From assembly GCF_030013595.1 (NCBI RefSeq), contig NZ_CP122768.1: DNA of 64,000 bases, one strand, 5' to 3'. The notes under the pieces were generated by a model, which saw only the letters and a list, made by a program, of their open reading frames with translations, did no database searches and was not told where the DNA came from. Source of the DNA: Escherichia coli (lineage in GTDB: Bacteria; Pseudomonadota; Gammaproteobacteria; Enterobacterales; Enterobacteriaceae). Position numbers and translations under genes: made by a program. This document shows positions 1-12,238 of the stretch, in pieces (positions within the stretch are counted from its first letter, which is position 1; every line of letters begins with the position of its first letter).

Positions 1-689
1 TATCGCGCCTGTCCGGCCCCCTGCTCAGAGAAATAATGCTCAAGCAGTTGCACCATTGCGGAAAGTCCCTGACGAATCTGCCCATCAGAGAGATTTTGCG
101 GATGTGAGGATAACTCACGGGCGAGGAAATCGAGCTGGCGCGCGGTGACTTCCACATTAGGGACATTTGGCACCGTGCCGTTACGAATACGGCGCATAAA
201 ACGGGCATCACGCAAGCGCAGCACCGGCATTAAACGCACCAGATGGCGTGCCTGGTCGTTAATATCCTCGACATCAATCGGATGTCCGTCTTTATCGAGA
301 AAACTGCGCAGTGTCATCACGCTGCCGTCTTCCGCACTCTCCCCTTCCAGACGATAAAAAATACGGTGATAGCCATCGGTGCATGGCGTCCAGCACGCTT
401 CCAGCGGCCGATAGCGGCGAACCCGATGTCGGCCTGGCAGCGATTCGCGGAAGGTCAAAATAATATGCAGATGATGTTCTCGCCCGTTGATATCTCCCGG
501 CGGGAACCAGAAATCGTCGCGCTCAAAATGGTAGAGATCTGATTCTGGCGATAGCAGCAGGGTTAAGGCGTCCAGCAAGCTGGATTTACCCCACGCGTTC
601 TCCCCAATCAGGACGTTGTTTTGTTCCAGCATCAACGACAAACGGTTGATACCGCGAAAACCCACAATTTCAACGCGCTCAAGAATCAT
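1..689 (-). CDS. ybjD: YbjD, OLD-family ATP-dependent endonuclease-like protein; N-terminal part only, 3' end lies beyond the window start
   Basis: Reverse-complement translation from ATG at 687-689 reads MILERVEIVGFRGINRLSLMLEQNNVLIGENAWGKSSLLDALTLL (Walker A-like GKSS), matching remembered YbjD; synteny next to aqpZ. Confidence 0.85.
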   Translation of the reverse strand, partial: MILERVEIVGFRGINRLSLMLEQNNVLIGENAWGKSSLLDALTLLLSPESDLYHFERDDFWFPPGDINGREHHLHIILTFRESLPGRHRVRRYRPLEACWTPCTDGYHRIFYRLEGESAEDGSVMTLRSFLDKDGHPIDVEDINDQARHLVRLMPVLRLRDARFMRRIRNGTVPNVPNVEVTARQLDFLARELSSHPQNLSDGQIRQGLSAMVQLLEHYFSEQGAGQAR

Positions 690-1114
690 ATCCCCTCCAG
701 AAATATGTGACTTATCCTTTACGCTGGCAGTATAACGGGAAAGGCCATGCTAATACGTGATGACATCACATTTAAGCATGGCAAATGTCTGAAAAATGAG
801 CGAATAATCGCGTTATACTCCCTCTTGCTGATAAGCCTGCAAAAACAACAAAATCAAATAATTAGCATGATAAATTATTTTTTATTACGCCTAAAGGATT
901 AAATCTTTTGCTTGCACTACACTGTCAATCAGACAAATGACTATATGGGGCAACCCGCTGTTGCCCTAAATCAAATTTACTGGATTTATTTATCTGGTGA
1001 ATGACTCGCCTTCGTTTTTAAAATAGCCGCGCATTATTTCCGTCGTCACTTTTTTACGACGACCCTATAAAACGACCATATTTTTCACAGGGTCAATTTT
1101 TAATTGAGGTGGAT

Positions 1115-1810
1115 ATGTTCAGAAAATTAGCAGCTGAATGTTTTGGTACTTTCTGGCTTGTTTTTGGTGGCTGTGGTAGTGCCGTACTGGCCGCAGGCTT
1201 CCCGGAATTAGGCATTGGTTTTGCCGGCGTGGCGCTGGCATTCGGTCTGACCGTTCTGACGATGGCCTTTGCTGTTGGTCATATTTCTGGTGGTCATTTT
1301 AACCCGGCGGTCACTATTGGTTTATGGGCTGGCGGACGTTTCCCGGCAAAAGAAGTCGTTGGCTACGTAATTGCCCAGGTTGTCGGCGGTATTGTTGCGG
1401 CGGCGCTGCTGTATTTAATTGCCAGTGGTAAAACAGGTTTTGACGCGGCAGCCAGCGGTTTTGCTTCTAACGGTTATGGCGAGCATTCGCCAGGCGGTTA
1501 TTCCATGCTTTCCGCGCTGGTAGTTGAACTGGTATTGAGTGCAGGTTTCCTGCTGGTGATCCACGGCGCAACCGACAAATTCGCTCCTGCTGGTTTTGCG
1601 CCGATCGCTATTGGTCTGGCCTTAACCCTGATTCACTTAATCAGTATTCCGGTGACTAACACTTCTGTTAACCCGGCGCGCAGCACCGCGGTTGCTATCT
1701 TCCAGGGCGGCTGGGCATTAGAACAACTGTGGTTCTTCTGGGTGGTGCCAATTGTCGGCGGCATTATCGGTGGTCTGATTTACCGGACCCTGCTGGAAAA
1801 ACGTAATTAA
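1115..1810 (+). CDS. aqpZ: Aquaporin Z water channel
   Basis: ORF 1109..1810 reads [19 protein letters not shown]...NPA motifs; true ATG at 1115 with GAGGTGG SD at 1106-1112; 231 aa as in K-12. Confidence 0.97.
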   Translation: MFRKLAAECFGTFWLVFGGCGSAVLAAGFPELGIGFAGVALAFGLTVLTMAFAVGHISGGHFNPAVTIGLWAGGRFPAKEVVGYVIAQVVGGIVAAALLYLIASGKTGFDAAASGFASNGYGEHSPGGYSMLSALVVELVLSAGFLLVIHGATDKFAPAGFAPIAIGLALTLIHLISIPVTNTSVNPARSTAVAIFQGGWALEQLWFFWVVPIVGGIIGGLIYRTLLEKRN

Positions 1811-1820
1811 TTAACGCAGA

Positions 1821-1848
1821 AGGCCTGGCGCAATGTCAGGCCTTTTTT
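1821..1848 (+). terminator. Rho-independent terminator of aqpZ (AGGCCTG stem, CAGGCCT partner, T-run)
   Basis: Inverted repeat aggcctg/caggcct followed by TTTTTT immediately after the aqpZ stop. Confidence 0.6.
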
Positions 1849-2293
1849 AAATATATTGATTCATCTTCCTGTTGCGCTCCTTGATGTGTTAAGCCACATA
1901 TAGTCACTGGCGCAGGGAGCGCGCAGGGGGCGGCCAATCGCCGCCGCCCCCTGCACCCCCGGGCTCTGGCGAACAAAATCGCCGCTGCGCGGTGCCCTCG
2001 ACTTATCCCTTGCGGCTACCGGGTCGGGCGCGAGGTAACATCCCTGTAAAACGCGCCCTCAGCCCACATCCATGTGGGCTGCCCCGGCCTTCAGGGAACG
2101 CCTCGGCGATTTTGACGCCACCAACACCGGTGCGGTTTGTAATTAAAGCGCAAGAATATCTTTAAATGAAAATGAATACCCTACCGATCCTTATGCATAA
2201 CATTTCCTTTTAATTGCAACTTTACTCGTCCTTCCGCTTTCAGTAGTGTGTCATCGCGCATTTCGACTTCATCTTTGCAAGGACTGGGTTTTC

Positions 2294-3193
2294 ATGTTTT
2301 CTGGGCTGTTAATCATTCTGGTTCCCCTGATTGTGGGTTACCTCATTCCTCTTCGCCAAAAAGCTGCATTAAGAGTTATTAATCAGCTATTAAGCTGGAT
2401 GGTTTACCTCATTCTCTTTTTTATGGGTATCAGTCTGGCGTTTCTCGATAACCTCGCCAGTAACCTGTTGGCGATTCTGCATTATTCCGCCGTCAGCATT
2501 ACCATTATTTTACTCTGCAATATTATTGCGTTGTTGTGGCTGGAGCGCGGTCTGCCGTGGCGCAACCACCACCAGCAAGAAAAACTCCCGTCGCGTATTG
2601 CGATGGCGCTGGAGTCGCTAAAACTGTGCGGCGTAGTAGTGATTGGTTTTGCCATTGGTCTGAGTGGACTGGCTTTCTTACAACACGCGACCGAAGCCAG
2701 TGAATACACCTTAATTCTGCTACTTTTCCTCGTCGGTATTCAGTTGCGCAATAATGGCATGACCTTAAAGCAGATTGTCCTTAATCGCCGAGGAATGATT
2801 GTCGCCGTGGTGGTGGTTGCCAGTTCATTAATTGGTGGTTTAATTAACGCCTTTATTCTTGATCTACCCATCAATACCGCGCTGGCAATGGCCTCCGGTT
2901 TCGGCTGGTATTCTCTTTCCGGTATTTTATTGACCGAATCTTTTGGTCCGGTAATCGGGAGCGCAGCGTTTTTTAATGATCTGGCCCGTGAGCTGATTGC
3001 TATTATGTTGATTCCTGGGCTGATTCGCCGCAGCCGCTCTACCGCACTGGGCTTATGCGGTGCGACGTCGATGGATTTCACCCTGCCCGTTCTTCAACGT
3101 ACTGGCGGGCTGGATATGGTCCCGGCGGCAATTGTTCACGGTTTTATTCTTAGCCTGTTAGTGCCGATCCTCATCGCCTTTTTCTCTGCATAA
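2294..3193 (+). CDS. lysO: Lysine exporter LysO (YbjE)
   Basis: ORF 2246..3193; internal Met at +48 gives MFSGLLIILVPLIVGYLIPLRQ..., 299 aa, matching YbjE. Confidence 0.95.
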   Translation: MFSGLLIILVPLIVGYLIPLRQKAALRVINQLLSWMVYLILFFMGISLAFLDNLASNLLAILHYSAVSITIILLCNIIALLWLERGLPWRNHHQQEKLPSRIAMALESLKLCGVVVIGFAIGLSGLAFLQHATEASEYTLILLLFLVGIQLRNNGMTLKQIVLNRRGMIVAVVVVASSLIGGLINAFILDLPINTALAMASGFGWYSLSGILLTESFGPVIGSAAFFNDLARELIAIMLIPGLIRRSRSTALGLCGATSMDFTLPVLQRTGGLDMVPAAIVHGFILSLLVPILIAFFSA

Positions 3194-3226
3194 TACCTCT
3201 CTGGCGGTAGATCCCTGCCGCCAAAA

Positions 3227-3240
3227 TTGCGCTAAATCAA
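3227..3240 (+). promoter_or_regulatory. Candidate FNR box (TTGCGctaaATCAA) upstream of hcp
   Basis: Matches FNR consensus TTGAT-N4-ATCAA in 8 of 10 positions, about 100 nt upstream of the hcp ATG; hcp-hcr is an FNR-activated operon (established knowledge). Confidence 0.45.
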
Positions 3241-3298
3241 TCTCCCTTAAAGTTGCATGAAAAATCCCTTTTATCCCCGCGTTAAGCGTCTTAACCTT

Positions 3299-3320
3299 AA
3301 ACATGTATATTAAATATAAC
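3299..3320 (+). promoter_or_regulatory. Candidate NsrR-type AT-rich inverted repeat (AACATGTATATTAAATATAAC) in the hcp promoter
   Basis: Imperfect AT-rich dyad between the FNR box and the hcp start; hcp is NsrR-repressed (established knowledge); match to the motif judged by eye only. Confidence 0.35.
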
Positions 3321-3336
3321 TTTAAAAGGTGTGATC

Positions 3337-4989
3337 ATGTTTTGTGTGCAATGTGAACAAACTATCCGTACTCCGGCAGGAAACGGCTGCTCATACGCGC
3401 AGGGGATGTGTGGTAAAACGGCGGAAACCTCTGACCTTCAGGATTTACTCATCGCGGCGCTGCAAGGGCTTTCGGCCTGGGCGGTAAAAGCGCGTGAATA
3501 CGGCATCATCAACCACGATGTAGACAGCTTTGCGCCACGCGCATTTTTCTCAACCCTGACCAACGTTAACTTCGATTCTCCGCGTATAGTCGGCTACGCT
3601 CGTGAAGCGATTGCCCTGCGCGAGGTGCTGAAAGCACAATGCTTGGCTGTAGATGCCAACGCGCGCGTCGATAACCCGATGGCTGACCTGCAACTGGTGA
3701 GCGATGATCTCGGCGAGCTGCAACGTCAGGCAGCAGAATTTACCCCTAACAAAGATAAAGCGGCGATTGGCGAAAACATTCTCGGCCTGCGTCTGCTGTG
3801 CCTGTATGGCCTGAAAGGTGCGGCGGCCTATATGGAACACGCGCATGTTCTCGGTCAATACGACAACGATATTTATGCCCAGTACCATAAAATCATGGCG
3901 TGGCTGGGGACCTGGCCTGCCGATATGAACGCGCTTCTTGAGTGTTCAATGGAAATCGGCCAGATGAACTTCAAAGTGATGAGCATTCTGGATGCAGGCG
4001 AAACCGGTAAATACGGTCACCCGACGCCAACCCAGGTCAACGTCAAAGCGACGGCGGGTAAATGCATTCTGATTTCCGGTCACGATCTCAAAGATCTCTA
4101 CAACCTGCTGGAACAGACCGAAGGCACGGGCGTTAATGTCTACACCCACGGCGAAATGCTGCCTGCGCATGGCTACCCGGAGCTGCGTAAATTCAAGCAT
4201 CTGGTCGGTAACTACGGCAGCGGCTGGCAGAATCAGCAAGTGGAGTTCGCTCGTTTCCCTGGCCCCATCGTGATGACCTCGAACTGCATCATCGACCCAA
4301 CCGTAGGCGCTTATGACGATCGTATCTGGACCCGCAGCATCGTTGGCTGGCCGGGTGTGCGTCATCTGGATGGCGAAGATTTCTCTGCGGTCATCGCCCA
4401 GGCGCAACAAATGGCGGGCTTCCCGTACAGCGAAATTCCGCACCTGATCACCGTGGGCTTTGGTCGTCAAACGCTGCTTGGCGCAGCGGATACGCTGATT
4501 GACCTGGTAAGCCGTGAAAAACTGCGTCATATCTTCCTGCTTGGCGGCTGTGACGGCGCACGCGGCGAGCGTCACTATTTCACCGATTTCGCCACCAGCG
4601 TGCCGGATGACTGTCTGATCCTGACTCTCGCCTGTGGTAAATATCGCTTTAACAAACTCGAGTTTGGCGATATCGAAGGTCTGCCGCGTCTGGTAGATGC
4701 TGGTCAGTGTAACGATGCTTACTCAGCGATTATTCTGGCGGTAACGCTGGCAGAAAAACTGGGCTGCGGTGTCAACGATCTGCCGCTGTCGCTGGTGCTC
4801 TCGTGGTTTGAACAGAAAGCGATTGTCATTCTGCTGACACTGCTTTCTCTGGGTGTGAAAAATATCGTCACCGGCCCGACTGCACCAGGTTTCCTGACAC
4901 CAGATCTGCTGGCGGTGCTGAACGAGAAATTCGGCCTGCGTTCTATCACCACTGTTGAAGAAGACATGAAGCAACTGTTGAGCGCGTAA
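3337..4989 (+). CDS. hcp: Hybrid-cluster protein (hydroxylamine/NO reductase)
   Basis: ORF 3331..4989; [29 protein letters not shown]-terminal Cys cluster; 550 aa from ATG 3337. Confidence 0.97.
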   Translation: MFCVQCEQTIRTPAGNGCSYAQGMCGKTAETSDLQDLLIAALQGLSAWAVKAREYGIINHDVDSFAPRAFFSTLTNVNFDSPRIVGYAREAIALREVLKAQCLAVDANARVDNPMADLQLVSDDLGELQRQAAEFTPNKDKAAIGENILGLRLLCLYGLKGAAAYMEHAHVLGQYDNDIYAQYHKIMAWLGTWPADMNALLECSMEIGQMNFKVMSILDAGETGKYGHPTPTQVNVKATAGKCILISGHDLKDLYNLLEQTEGTGVNVYTHGEMLPAHGYPELRKFKHLVGNYGSGWQNQQVEFARFPGPIVMTSNCIIDPTVGAYDDRIWTRSIVGWPGVRHLDGEDFSAVIAQAQQMAGFPYSEIPHLITVGFGRQTLLGAADTLIDLVSREKLRHIFLLGGCDGARGERHYFTDFATSVPDDCLILTLACGKYRFNKLEFGDIEGLPRLVDAGQCNDAYSAIILAVTLAEKLGCGVNDLPLSLVLSWFEQKAIVILLTLLSLGVKNIVTGPTAPGFLTPDLLAVLNEKFGLRSITTVEEDMKQLLSA

Positions 4990-5000
4990 GGAGTTTGTCG

Positions 5001-5969
5001 ATGACGATGCCAATGAATCAATGCCCGTGGCGGATGCAGGTTCATCACATTACGCAAGAAACGCCAGATGTGTGGACGATTTCCCTGATTTGCCACGATT
5101 ACTACCCATATCGCGCCGGGCAATATGCACTGGTCAGCGTGCGAAACTCAGCGGAAACGCTGCGTGCTTACACCATTTCCTCCACGCCAGGCGTGAGTGA
5201 ATACATCACCCTGACTGTGCGGCGGATTGATGACGGTGTCGGCTCCCAGTGGCTGACGCGCGATGTAAAACGCGGTGATTATCTCTGGCTTTCGGACGCG
5301 ATGGGGGAATTTACCTGCGACGATAAAGCAGAAGATAAATTCCTGTTGCTGGCGGCAGGCTGCGGCGTCACGCCGATTATGTCGATGCGTCGCTGGCTGG
5401 CGAAGAACCGTCCGCAGGCCGATGTGCAGGTGATCTACAACGTGCGTTCGCCGCAGGATGTTATTTTCGCCGATGAGTGGCGCAACTATCCGGTGACGCT
5501 GGTGGCAGAAAATAACGTTACCGAAGGCTTTATCGCTGGTCGTCTCACTCGCGAACTGCTGGCAGGTGTCCCTGACTTAGCTTCACGTACCGTGATGACC
5601 TGCGGCCCGGCTCCGTATATGGATTGGGTAGAGCAGGAAGTGAAAGCGCTCGGCGTGACGCGTTTCTTTAAAGAGAAATTCTTCACCCCAGTAGCGGAAG
5701 CGGCGACCAGCGGTCTGAAATTCACCAAACTGCAACCGGCACGAGAATTTTACGCCCCGGTTGGCACCACGCTACTGGAGGCGCTGGAAAGCAATAACGT
5801 TCCGGTTGTCGCTGCCTGCCGTGCAGGTGTTTGCGGCTGCTGTAAGACGAAAGTGGTTTCCGGTGAATATACGGTGAGCAGCACAATGACGCTGACCGAC
5901 GCCGAAATCGCTGAAGGTTACGTACTGGCCTGCTCCTGCCATCCGCAGGGGGATTTGGTTCTCGCATAA
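5001..5969 (+). CDS. hcr: NADH oxidoreductase for Hcp (FAD/2Fe-2S)
   Basis: MTMPMNQCPWRMQVHHITQETPDVW...; C-terminal CRAGVCGCCK ferredoxin motif; AAGGAG SD 7 nt upstream of ATG 5001; 322 aa. Confidence 0.96.
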   Translation: MTMPMNQCPWRMQVHHITQETPDVWTISLICHDYYPYRAGQYALVSVRNSAETLRAYTISSTPGVSEYITLTVRRIDDGVGSQWLTRDVKRGDYLWLSDAMGEFTCDDKAEDKFLLLAAGCGVTPIMSMRRWLAKNRPQADVQVIYNVRSPQDVIFADEWRNYPVTLVAENNVTEGFIAGRLTRELLAGVPDLASRTVMTCGPAPYMDWVEQEVKALGVTRFFKEKFFTPVAEAATSGLKFTKLQPAREFYAPVGTTLLEALESNNVPVVAACRAGVCGCCKTKVVSGEYTVSSTMTLTDAEIAEGYVLACSCHPQGDLVLA

Positions 5970-5978
5970 TCGCCTTAT

Positions 5979-6004
5979 GCCCGATGATATTCCTTTCATC
6001 GGGC
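5979..6004 (+). terminator. Stem-loop after hcr (GCCCGATGA / TCATCGGGC), weak U-tract
   Basis: 9-bp inverted repeat directly after the hcr stop, followed by tattta. Confidence 0.45.
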
Positions 6005-6101
6005 TATTTAACCGTTAGTGCCTCCTTTTTCCCCCATCCCTTCCCCCTCCGTCAGATGAACTAAACTTGTTACCGTTATCACATTCAGGAGATGGAGAAC
6101 C

Positions 6102-7820
6102 ATGAAACAAACGGTTGCAGCTTATATCGCCAAAACACTCGAATCGGCAGGCGTGAAACGCATCTGGGGAGTCACGGGCGACTCTCTGAACGGTCTTAGT
6201 GACAGTCTTAATCGCATGGGCACCATCGAGTGGATGTCCACCCGCCATGAAGAAGTGGCGGCCTTTGCCGCTGGCGCTGAAGCACAACTTTCAGGAGAAC
6301 TGGCGGTCTGTGCCGGATCGTGCGGCCCCGGAAACCTGCACTTAATCAACGGCCTGTTTGATTGCCACCGCAATCACGTTCCGGTACTGGCGATTGCCGC
6401 TCATATTCCCTCCAGCGAAATTGGCAGCGGCTATTTCCAGGAAACCCACCCACAAGAGCTATTCCGCGAATGTAGTCACTATTGCGAGCTGGTTTCCAGC
6501 CCGGAGCAGATCCCACAAGTGCTGGCGATTGCCATGCGCAAAGCGGTGCTTAACCGTGGCGTTTCCGTTGTCGTGTTACCGGGCGACGTGGCGTTAAAAC
6601 CTGCGCCAGAAGGGGCAACCTCGCACTGGTATCATGCGCCACAGCCAGTCGTGACGCCGGAAGAAGAAGAGTTACGCAAACTGGCGCAACTGCTGCGTTA
6701 TTCCAGCAATATCGCCCTGATGTGTGGCAGCGGCTGCGCGGGGGCGCATAAAGAGTTAGTTGAGTTTGCCGGGAAAATTAAAGCGCCTATTGTTCATGCC
6801 CTGCGCGGTAAAGAACATGTCGAATACGATAATCCGTATGATGTCGGAATGACGGGATTAATTGGCTTCTCGTCAGGTTTCCATACCATGATGAACGCCG
6901 ACACGTTAGTGCTACTCGGCACGCAATTTCCCTACCGCGCCTTCTACCCGACCGATGCCAAAATCATTCAGATTGATATCAACCCAGCCAGCATCGGCGC
7001 TCACAGCAAGGTGGATATGGCACTGGTCGGCGATATCAAGTCGACTCTGCGTGCATTGCTTCCACTGGTGGAAGAAAAAGCCGATCGCAAGTTTCTGGAT
7101 AAAGCGCTGGAAGATTACCGCGACGCCCGCAAAGGGCTGGACGATTTAGCTAAACCGAGCGAGAAAGCCATTCACCCGCAATATCTGGCGCAGCAAATTA
7201 GTCATTTTGCCGCCGATGACGCCATCTTTACCTGTGACGTTGGTACGCCAACGGTGTGGGCGGCACGTTATCTGAAAATGAACGGCAAGCGTCGTCTGTT
7301 AGGTTCGTTTAACCACGGTTCGATGGCTAACGCCATGCCGCAGGCGCTGGGTGCTCAGGCAACCGAGCCGGAACGTCAGGTGGTCGCCATGTGCGGCGAT
7401 GGCGGTTTTAGCATGTTGATGGGCGATTTCCTCTCAGTAGTGCAGATGAAACTGCCGGTGAAAATTATCGTCTTTAATAACAGCGTGCTGGGCTTTGTGG
7501 CGATGGAGATGAAAGCTGGTGGCTATTTGACTGACGGCACCGAACTACATGACACCAACTTTGCCCGCATTGCCGAAGCGTGCGGAATTACGGGTATTCG
7601 CGTGGAAAAAGCCTCTGAAGTCGATGAAGCCCTGCAACGCGCCTTCTCCATCGACGGTCCGGTGCTGGTGGATGTGGTGGTCGCCAAAGAAGAGTTAGCC
7701 ATTCCACCGCAGATCAAACTCGAACAGGCCAAAGGTTTCAGCCTGTATATGTTGCGCGCAATCATCAGCGGACGCGGTGATGAAGTGATCGAACTGGCGA
7801 AAACAAACTGGCTAAGGTAA
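6102..7820 (+). CDS. poxB: Pyruvate oxidase (ubiquinone-dependent), TPP/FAD enzyme
   Basis: 572-aa [37 protein letters not shown]..., full-length match to PoxB. Confidence 0.97.
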   Translation: MKQTVAAYIAKTLESAGVKRIWGVTGDSLNGLSDSLNRMGTIEWMSTRHEEVAAFAAGAEAQLSGELAVCAGSCGPGNLHLINGLFDCHRNHVPVLAIAAHIPSSEIGSGYFQETHPQELFRECSHYCELVSSPEQIPQVLAIAMRKAVLNRGVSVVVLPGDVALKPAPEGATSHWYHAPQPVVTPEEEELRKLAQLLRYSSNIALMCGSGCAGAHKELVEFAGKIKAPIVHALRGKEHVEYDNPYDVGMTGLIGFSSGFHTMMNADTLVLLGTQFPYRAFYPTDAKIIQIDINPASIGAHSKVDMALVGDIKSTLRALLPLVEEKADRKFLDKALEDYRDARKGLDDLAKPSEKAIHPQYLAQQISHFAADDAIFTCDVGTPTVWAARYLKMNGKRRLLGSFNHGSMANAMPQALGAQATEPERQVVAMCGDGGFSMLMGDFLSVVQMKLPVKIIVFNNSVLGFVAMEMKAGGYLTDGTELHDTNFARIAEACGITGIRVEKASEVDEALQRAFSIDGPVLVDVVVAKEELAIPPQIKLEQAKGFSLYMLRAIISGRGDEVIELAKTNWLR

Positions 7821-7856
7821 AAAGGGTGGCATTTCCCGTCATAATAAGGACATGCC

Positions 7857-8858
7857 ATGATTGATTTACGCAGTGATACCGTTACCCGACCGAGCCGCGC
7901 CATGCTCGAAGCGATGATGGCCGCCCCGGTTGGGGACGACGTTTACGGAGACGACCCTACCGTTAATGCTTTGCAGGACTATGCGGCAGAGCTTTCCGGT
8001 AAAGAAGCCGCCATTTTTCTGCCTACCGGCACTCAGGCCAACCTGGTCGCTCTGCTCAGTCACTGCGAACGCGGCGAAGAGTATATTGTCGGTCAGGCCG
8101 CGCATAACTATCTGTTTGAAGCCGGTGGCGCAGCGGTGCTGGGCAGTATTCAGCCGCAACCCATCGACGCGGCTGCCGACGGCACGCTACCGCTGGATAA
8201 AGTGGCGATGAAAATCAAACCCGACGATATCCATTTCGCCCGCACCAAATTACTCAGTCTGGAAAACACCCACAACGGCAAAGTGCTGCCGCGGGAATAC
8301 CTGAAAGAAGCATGGGAATTTACTCGCGAGCGCAATCTGGCGCTGCATGTTGACGGTGCACGCATCTTTAATGCCGTGGTGGCTTACGGCTGCGAACTGA
8401 AAGAGATCACGCAATATTGTGATTCGTTCACCATTTGCCTGTCGAAAGGTCTTGGGACGCCAGTCGGTTCATTACTCCTCGGTAATCGTGATTACATTAA
8501 ACGCGCCATCCGCTGGCGGAAAATGACCGGCGGCGGGATGCGCCAGTCCGGCATTCTGGCTGCCGCCGGGATGTATGCCCTGAAAAATAACGTCGCGCGC
8601 TTACAGGAAGACCACGACAACGCCGACTGGATGGCGGAGCAGTTGCGTGAAGCAGGCGCGGATGTGATGCGTCAGGACACCAATATGCTGTTTGTTCGCG
8701 TCGGGGAAGAAAATGCTGCCGCGTTAGGCGAATACATGAAAGCGAGAAACGTGCTGATTAACGCCTCGCCGATTGTCCGCCTGGTGACCCATCTTGACGT
8801 CTCGCGTGCACAACTGGCGGAAGTCGCCGCCCACTGGCGCGCATTCCTGGCGCGTTAA
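7857..8858 (+). CDS. ltaE: Low-specificity L-threonine aldolase
   Basis: 333-aa [43 protein letters not shown]... Confidence 0.97.
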   Translation: MIDLRSDTVTRPSRAMLEAMMAAPVGDDVYGDDPTVNALQDYAAELSGKEAAIFLPTGTQANLVALLSHCERGEEYIVGQAAHNYLFEAGGAAVLGSIQPQPIDAAADGTLPLDKVAMKIKPDDIHFARTKLLSLENTHNGKVLPREYLKEAWEFTRERNLALHVDGARIFNAVVAYGCELKEITQYCDSFTICLSKGLGTPVGSLLLGNRDYIKRAIRWRKMTGGGMRQSGILAAAGMYALKNNVARLQEDHDNADWMAEQLREAGADVMRQDTNMLFVRVGEENAAALGEYMKARNVLINASPIVRLVTHLDVSRAQLAEVAAHWRAFLAR

Positions 8859-8868
8859 GGAGGGAGAC

Positions 8869-10299
8869 GTGCCGCAACGCATTTTAGTTCTCGGTGCCAG
8901 TGGCTACATTGGTCAGCATCTGGTGCGCACACTCAGCCAGCAGGGGCATCAGATCCTGGCGGCGGCACGTCATGTCGACAGGCTTGCAAAGCTGCAACTG
9001 GCAAACGTCAGTTGCCATAAAGTCGATCTCAGCTGGCCGGATAACCTTCCGGCCCTGTTACAGGATATCGATACCGTCTATTTTCTGGTGCACAGCATGG
9101 GCGAAAGCGGCGATTTTATCGCTCAGGAGCGCCAGGTGGCTCTCAACGTCCGCGATGCGCTACGTAAAGTCCCAGTTAAGCAATTAATCTTTCTCAGTTC
9201 GTTACAGGCCCCGCCACATGAGCAGTCGGACCATCTGCGTGCTCGTCAGGCTACGGCGGACATTCTTCGTGAAGCGGGTGTCCCGGTGACCGAATTGCGT
9301 GCCGGAATAATCGTTGGTGCAGGTTCAGCGGCGTTCGAGGTCATGCGCGATATGGTCTACAACCTGCCAGTGTTAACGCCGCCGCGCTGGGTCCGTTCAC
9401 GCACCACGCCCATCGCGCTGGAAAACTTGCTGCACTATCTGGTGGCGCTGTTAGATCATCCGGCCTGCGAACATCGCATCTTCGAAGCCGCCGGACCAGA
9501 AGTGCTCAGTTATCAGCAACAGTTTGAACATTTTATGGCGGTGAGCGGTAAGCGCCGCTGGTTGATCCCCATCCCCTTTCCGACCCGCTGGATTTCGGTG
9601 TGGTTTCTCAATGTGATTACTTCCGTACCGCCCACCACCGCCAAAGCGTTGATTCAGGGGCTGAAACACGATCTGCTGGCAGATGACACCGCGTTACGTG
9701 CACTCATCCCACAACGGCTGATTGCTTTCGATGACGCGGTACGTCGCACCCTGAAAGAGGAAGAAAAGCTGGTCAACTCCAGCGACTGGGGATACGACGC
9801 TCAGGCATTTGCCCGCTGGCGACCGGAGTACGGTTATTTCGCCAAACAGGCGGGGTTTACCGTTAAAACGTCCGCCAGCCTTGCGGCTTTATGGCAGGTG
9901 GTGAATCAAATCGGCGGTAAAGAGCGTTATTTCTTTGGCAATATTTTGTGGCAAACCCGGGCGTTGATGGACCGCGCGATCGGTCATAAGCTGGCGAAAG
10001 GCCGCCCGGAGCGTGAATATTTGCAGACCGGCGATGCGGTGGATAGCTGGAAAGTGATTGTCGTTGAACCGGAAAAACAACTTACGCTGTTATTTGGCAT
10101 GAAAGCGCCGGGGCTGGGACGACTGTGTTTTACCCTGGAAGATAAAGGCGACTATCATACTATCGATGTTCGCGCATTCTGGCATCCGCACGGTATGCCG
10201 GGGCTGTTTTACTGGTTATTGATGATCCCCGCGCATCTGTTTATTTTTCGCGGAATGGCAAAACAAATCGCCAGACTGGCAGAACAAAGCACAGATTAA
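8869..10299 (+). CDS. ybjT: YbjT, NAD(P)-binding epimerase/dehydratase-family protein with C-terminal DUF2867
   Basis: ORF track 8794..10299; the likely start is GTG 8869 (gives [17 protein letters not shown], 476 aa) with AAGGAGGG SD at 8858-8865; the longer track ORF would overlap ltaE. Confidence 0.9.
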   Translation: MPQRILVLGASGYIGQHLVRTLSQQGHQILAAARHVDRLAKLQLANVSCHKVDLSWPDNLPALLQDIDTVYFLVHSMGESGDFIAQERQVALNVRDALRKVPVKQLIFLSSLQAPPHEQSDHLRARQATADILREAGVPVTELRAGIIVGAGSAAFEVMRDMVYNLPVLTPPRWVRSRTTPIALENLLHYLVALLDHPACEHRIFEAAGPEVLSYQQQFEHFMAVSGKRRWLIPIPFPTRWISVWFLNVITSVPPTTAKALIQGLKHDLLADDTALRALIPQRLIAFDDAVRRTLKEEEKLVNSSDWGYDAQAFARWRPEYGYFAKQAGFTVKTSASLAALWQVVNQIGGKERYFFGNILWQTRALMDRAIGHKLAKGRPEREYLQTGDAVDSWKVIVVEPEKQLTLLFGMKAPGLGRLCFTLEDKGDYHTIDVRAFWHPHGMPGLFYWLLMIPAHLFIFRGMAKQIARLAEQSTD

Positions 10300-10397
10300 T
10301 CGACAAAACCTGCGTTATTCTTTCATGTTTCCCATTGCATCATGGGGGAAATCACGGAAGAATGCGCACGTCATTTTCTCAACAACAGTGGATTGAT

Positions 10398-11411
10398 ATG
10401 AAGGTACTGGTTACCGGCGCCACCAGCGGCTTAGGTCGAAACGCGGTAGAGTTTTTATGCCAGAAAGGCATCAGCGTGCGAGCGACCGGTCGCAACGAGG
10501 CAATGGGTAAATTGCTGGAAAAAATGGGCGCAGAGTTTGTTCCGGCGGATCTGACCGAGCTGGTCTCATCACAAGCTAAAGTGATGCTCGCGGGCATTGA
10601 TACGCTGTGGCACTGCTCCAGCTTTACCTCGCCCTGGGGGACACAACAGGCTTTCGATCTGGCTAACGTTCGCGCCACTCGCCGCCTGGGTGAATGGGCT
10701 GTCGCCTGGGGTGTGCGTAACTTTATTCATATCTCTTCCCCCTCCCTGTACTTCGATTATCACCACCATCGCGATATTAAAGAAGATTTTCGCCCTCACC
10801 GCTTCGCTAACGAGTTTGCCCGTAGCAAAGCAGCCAGCGAAGAAGTGATCAATATGCTTTCGCAGGCGAATCCACAAACGCGCTTTACTATTCTGCGCCC
10901 ACAAAGTCTGTTCGGACCGCACGATAAAGTCTTTATCCCCCGTCTGGCGCATATGATGCACCACTACGGCAGCATTCTGTTACCGCACGGCGGCAGTGCG
11001 CTGGTCGATATGACCTACTATGAAAATGCCGTGCACGCCATGTGGCTGGCAAGCCAGGAAGCCTGCGATAAGCTACCTTCCGGGCGTGTGTACAACATCA
11101 CCAACGGCGAACATCGCACACTGCGCAGCATCGTGCAGAAGCTAATCGACGAGTTGAATATTGACTGTCGTATTCGTTCCGTCCCCTACCCGATGCTGGA
11201 TATGATCGCCCGCAGCATGGAGCGTTTAGGCCGCAAGTCAGCAAAAGAGCCGCCGCTGACCCACTACGGCGTCTCCAAGTTGAATTTTGACTTTACGCTG
11301 GATATTACGCGTGCGCAGGAAGAGTTAGGTTATCAACCAGTCCTCACCCTGGATGAAGGTATCGAGAAAACTGCCGCCTGGCTACGCGACCACGGAAAAC
11401 TGCCGCGCTAA
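10398..11411 (+). CDS. ybjS: YbjS, NAD(P)-dependent epimerase/dehydratase-family protein
   Basis: ORF 10335..11411; internal ATG 10398 gives [20 protein letters not shown] (Rossmann GxxGxxG), 337 aa. Confidence 0.92.
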   Translation: MKVLVTGATSGLGRNAVEFLCQKGISVRATGRNEAMGKLLEKMGAEFVPADLTELVSSQAKVMLAGIDTLWHCSSFTSPWGTQQAFDLANVRATRRLGEWAVAWGVRNFIHISSPSLYFDYHHHRDIKEDFRPHRFANEFARSKAASEEVINMLSQANPQTRFTILRPQSLFGPHDKVFIPRLAHMMHHYGSILLPHGGSALVDMTYYENAVHAMWLASQEACDKLPSGRVYNITNGEHRTLRSIVQKLIDELNIDCRIRSVPYPMLDMIARSMERLGRKSAKEPPLTHYGVSKLNFDFTLDITRAQEELGYQPVLTLDEGIEKTAAWLRDHGKLPR

Positions 11412-12238
11412 TCCTGCCCGTATTTCTCCAGCAACGCTTCGGCAATCGCCTGAGTTTCTGCATCCGCTTCGCCGTTGTATAACGTCGGGCGGAAATGCAT
11501 CTGGAACGCCATAATCACGCGCCGCTGCTCGCGCGGTGTCATATCAGGTTTAACGTCATAACCGTAGCGCGCCAAAAGCTCCAGCAATGACGCGGTATCT
11601 ACCGGTGTGTGCGGCGCGCGCCCGGCAAGGTAAAAGTTCACCCGCTGCGCATCCGGCCAGGCACCAATCCCCTGCTGCGCCAGTTGTTGCCAGGGGAATA
11701 ACGGCCCCGGATCGTCTTTGCGCTGCGGCGCAATATCCGCATGTGCCACTACGTTTTCCGGCTTGATGTGATAACGGGCAATAATATCTTTCGCCAGCGG
11801 AATAAGCGCCTGAATCTGTGCCTGTTCAAACGGGGCAAAATATTTCACTCCGGCTGATTTCTGCCAGCCACGGTTTTCCAGCTCAATGCCAATAGAGGTG
11901 TCGTTAAGGCGCGTTGCCCCGCGCCAGGCGCTAATCCCCGCATGCCAGGCCAGTTCTTCTTCCGGCACCAGTTGCCAGATGCGCGGTTTACCGTTGTATC
12001 GCGGTGGTACCGCAGGGACCAGATAATGCGAGCTGACCTGCTTATCGGTCAGTGTCGCCAGCGAGCTATCAAAATCATCTGCGGTGTAGTGGATCACCAG
12101 CACTTTAATGCGAGGATACGCCGCCTGCGCCTGGCGTCGGGTATCAAGCTGATATCCCTCTTTCTCGACAATGCCTTTTTCGCCTGCACACCCTGCCAGT
12201 AACAGAGCGGCGGCGACCAGCCAGAAGACTCTTCTCAT
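11408..12238 (-). CDS. amiD: N-acetylmuramoyl-L-alanine amidase AmiD (lipoprotein)
   Basis: 276-aa [22 protein letters not shown] (lipobox); 4-bp overlap with the ybjQ stop. Confidence 0.95.

Noticed and set aside
3946-4575. 209-aa minus-strand ORF inside hcp
   Set aside because: Lies entirely antisense within the well-supported hcp coding region; no SD and no recognisable protein features; typical shadow ORF in GC-rich coding sequence.
8794-8868. Extended ybjT start at 8794 (501-aa ORF)
   Set aside because: The extension overlaps the 3' end of ltaE and has no SD; GTG at 8869 is preceded by AAGGAGGG and yields the expected YbjT N-terminus.
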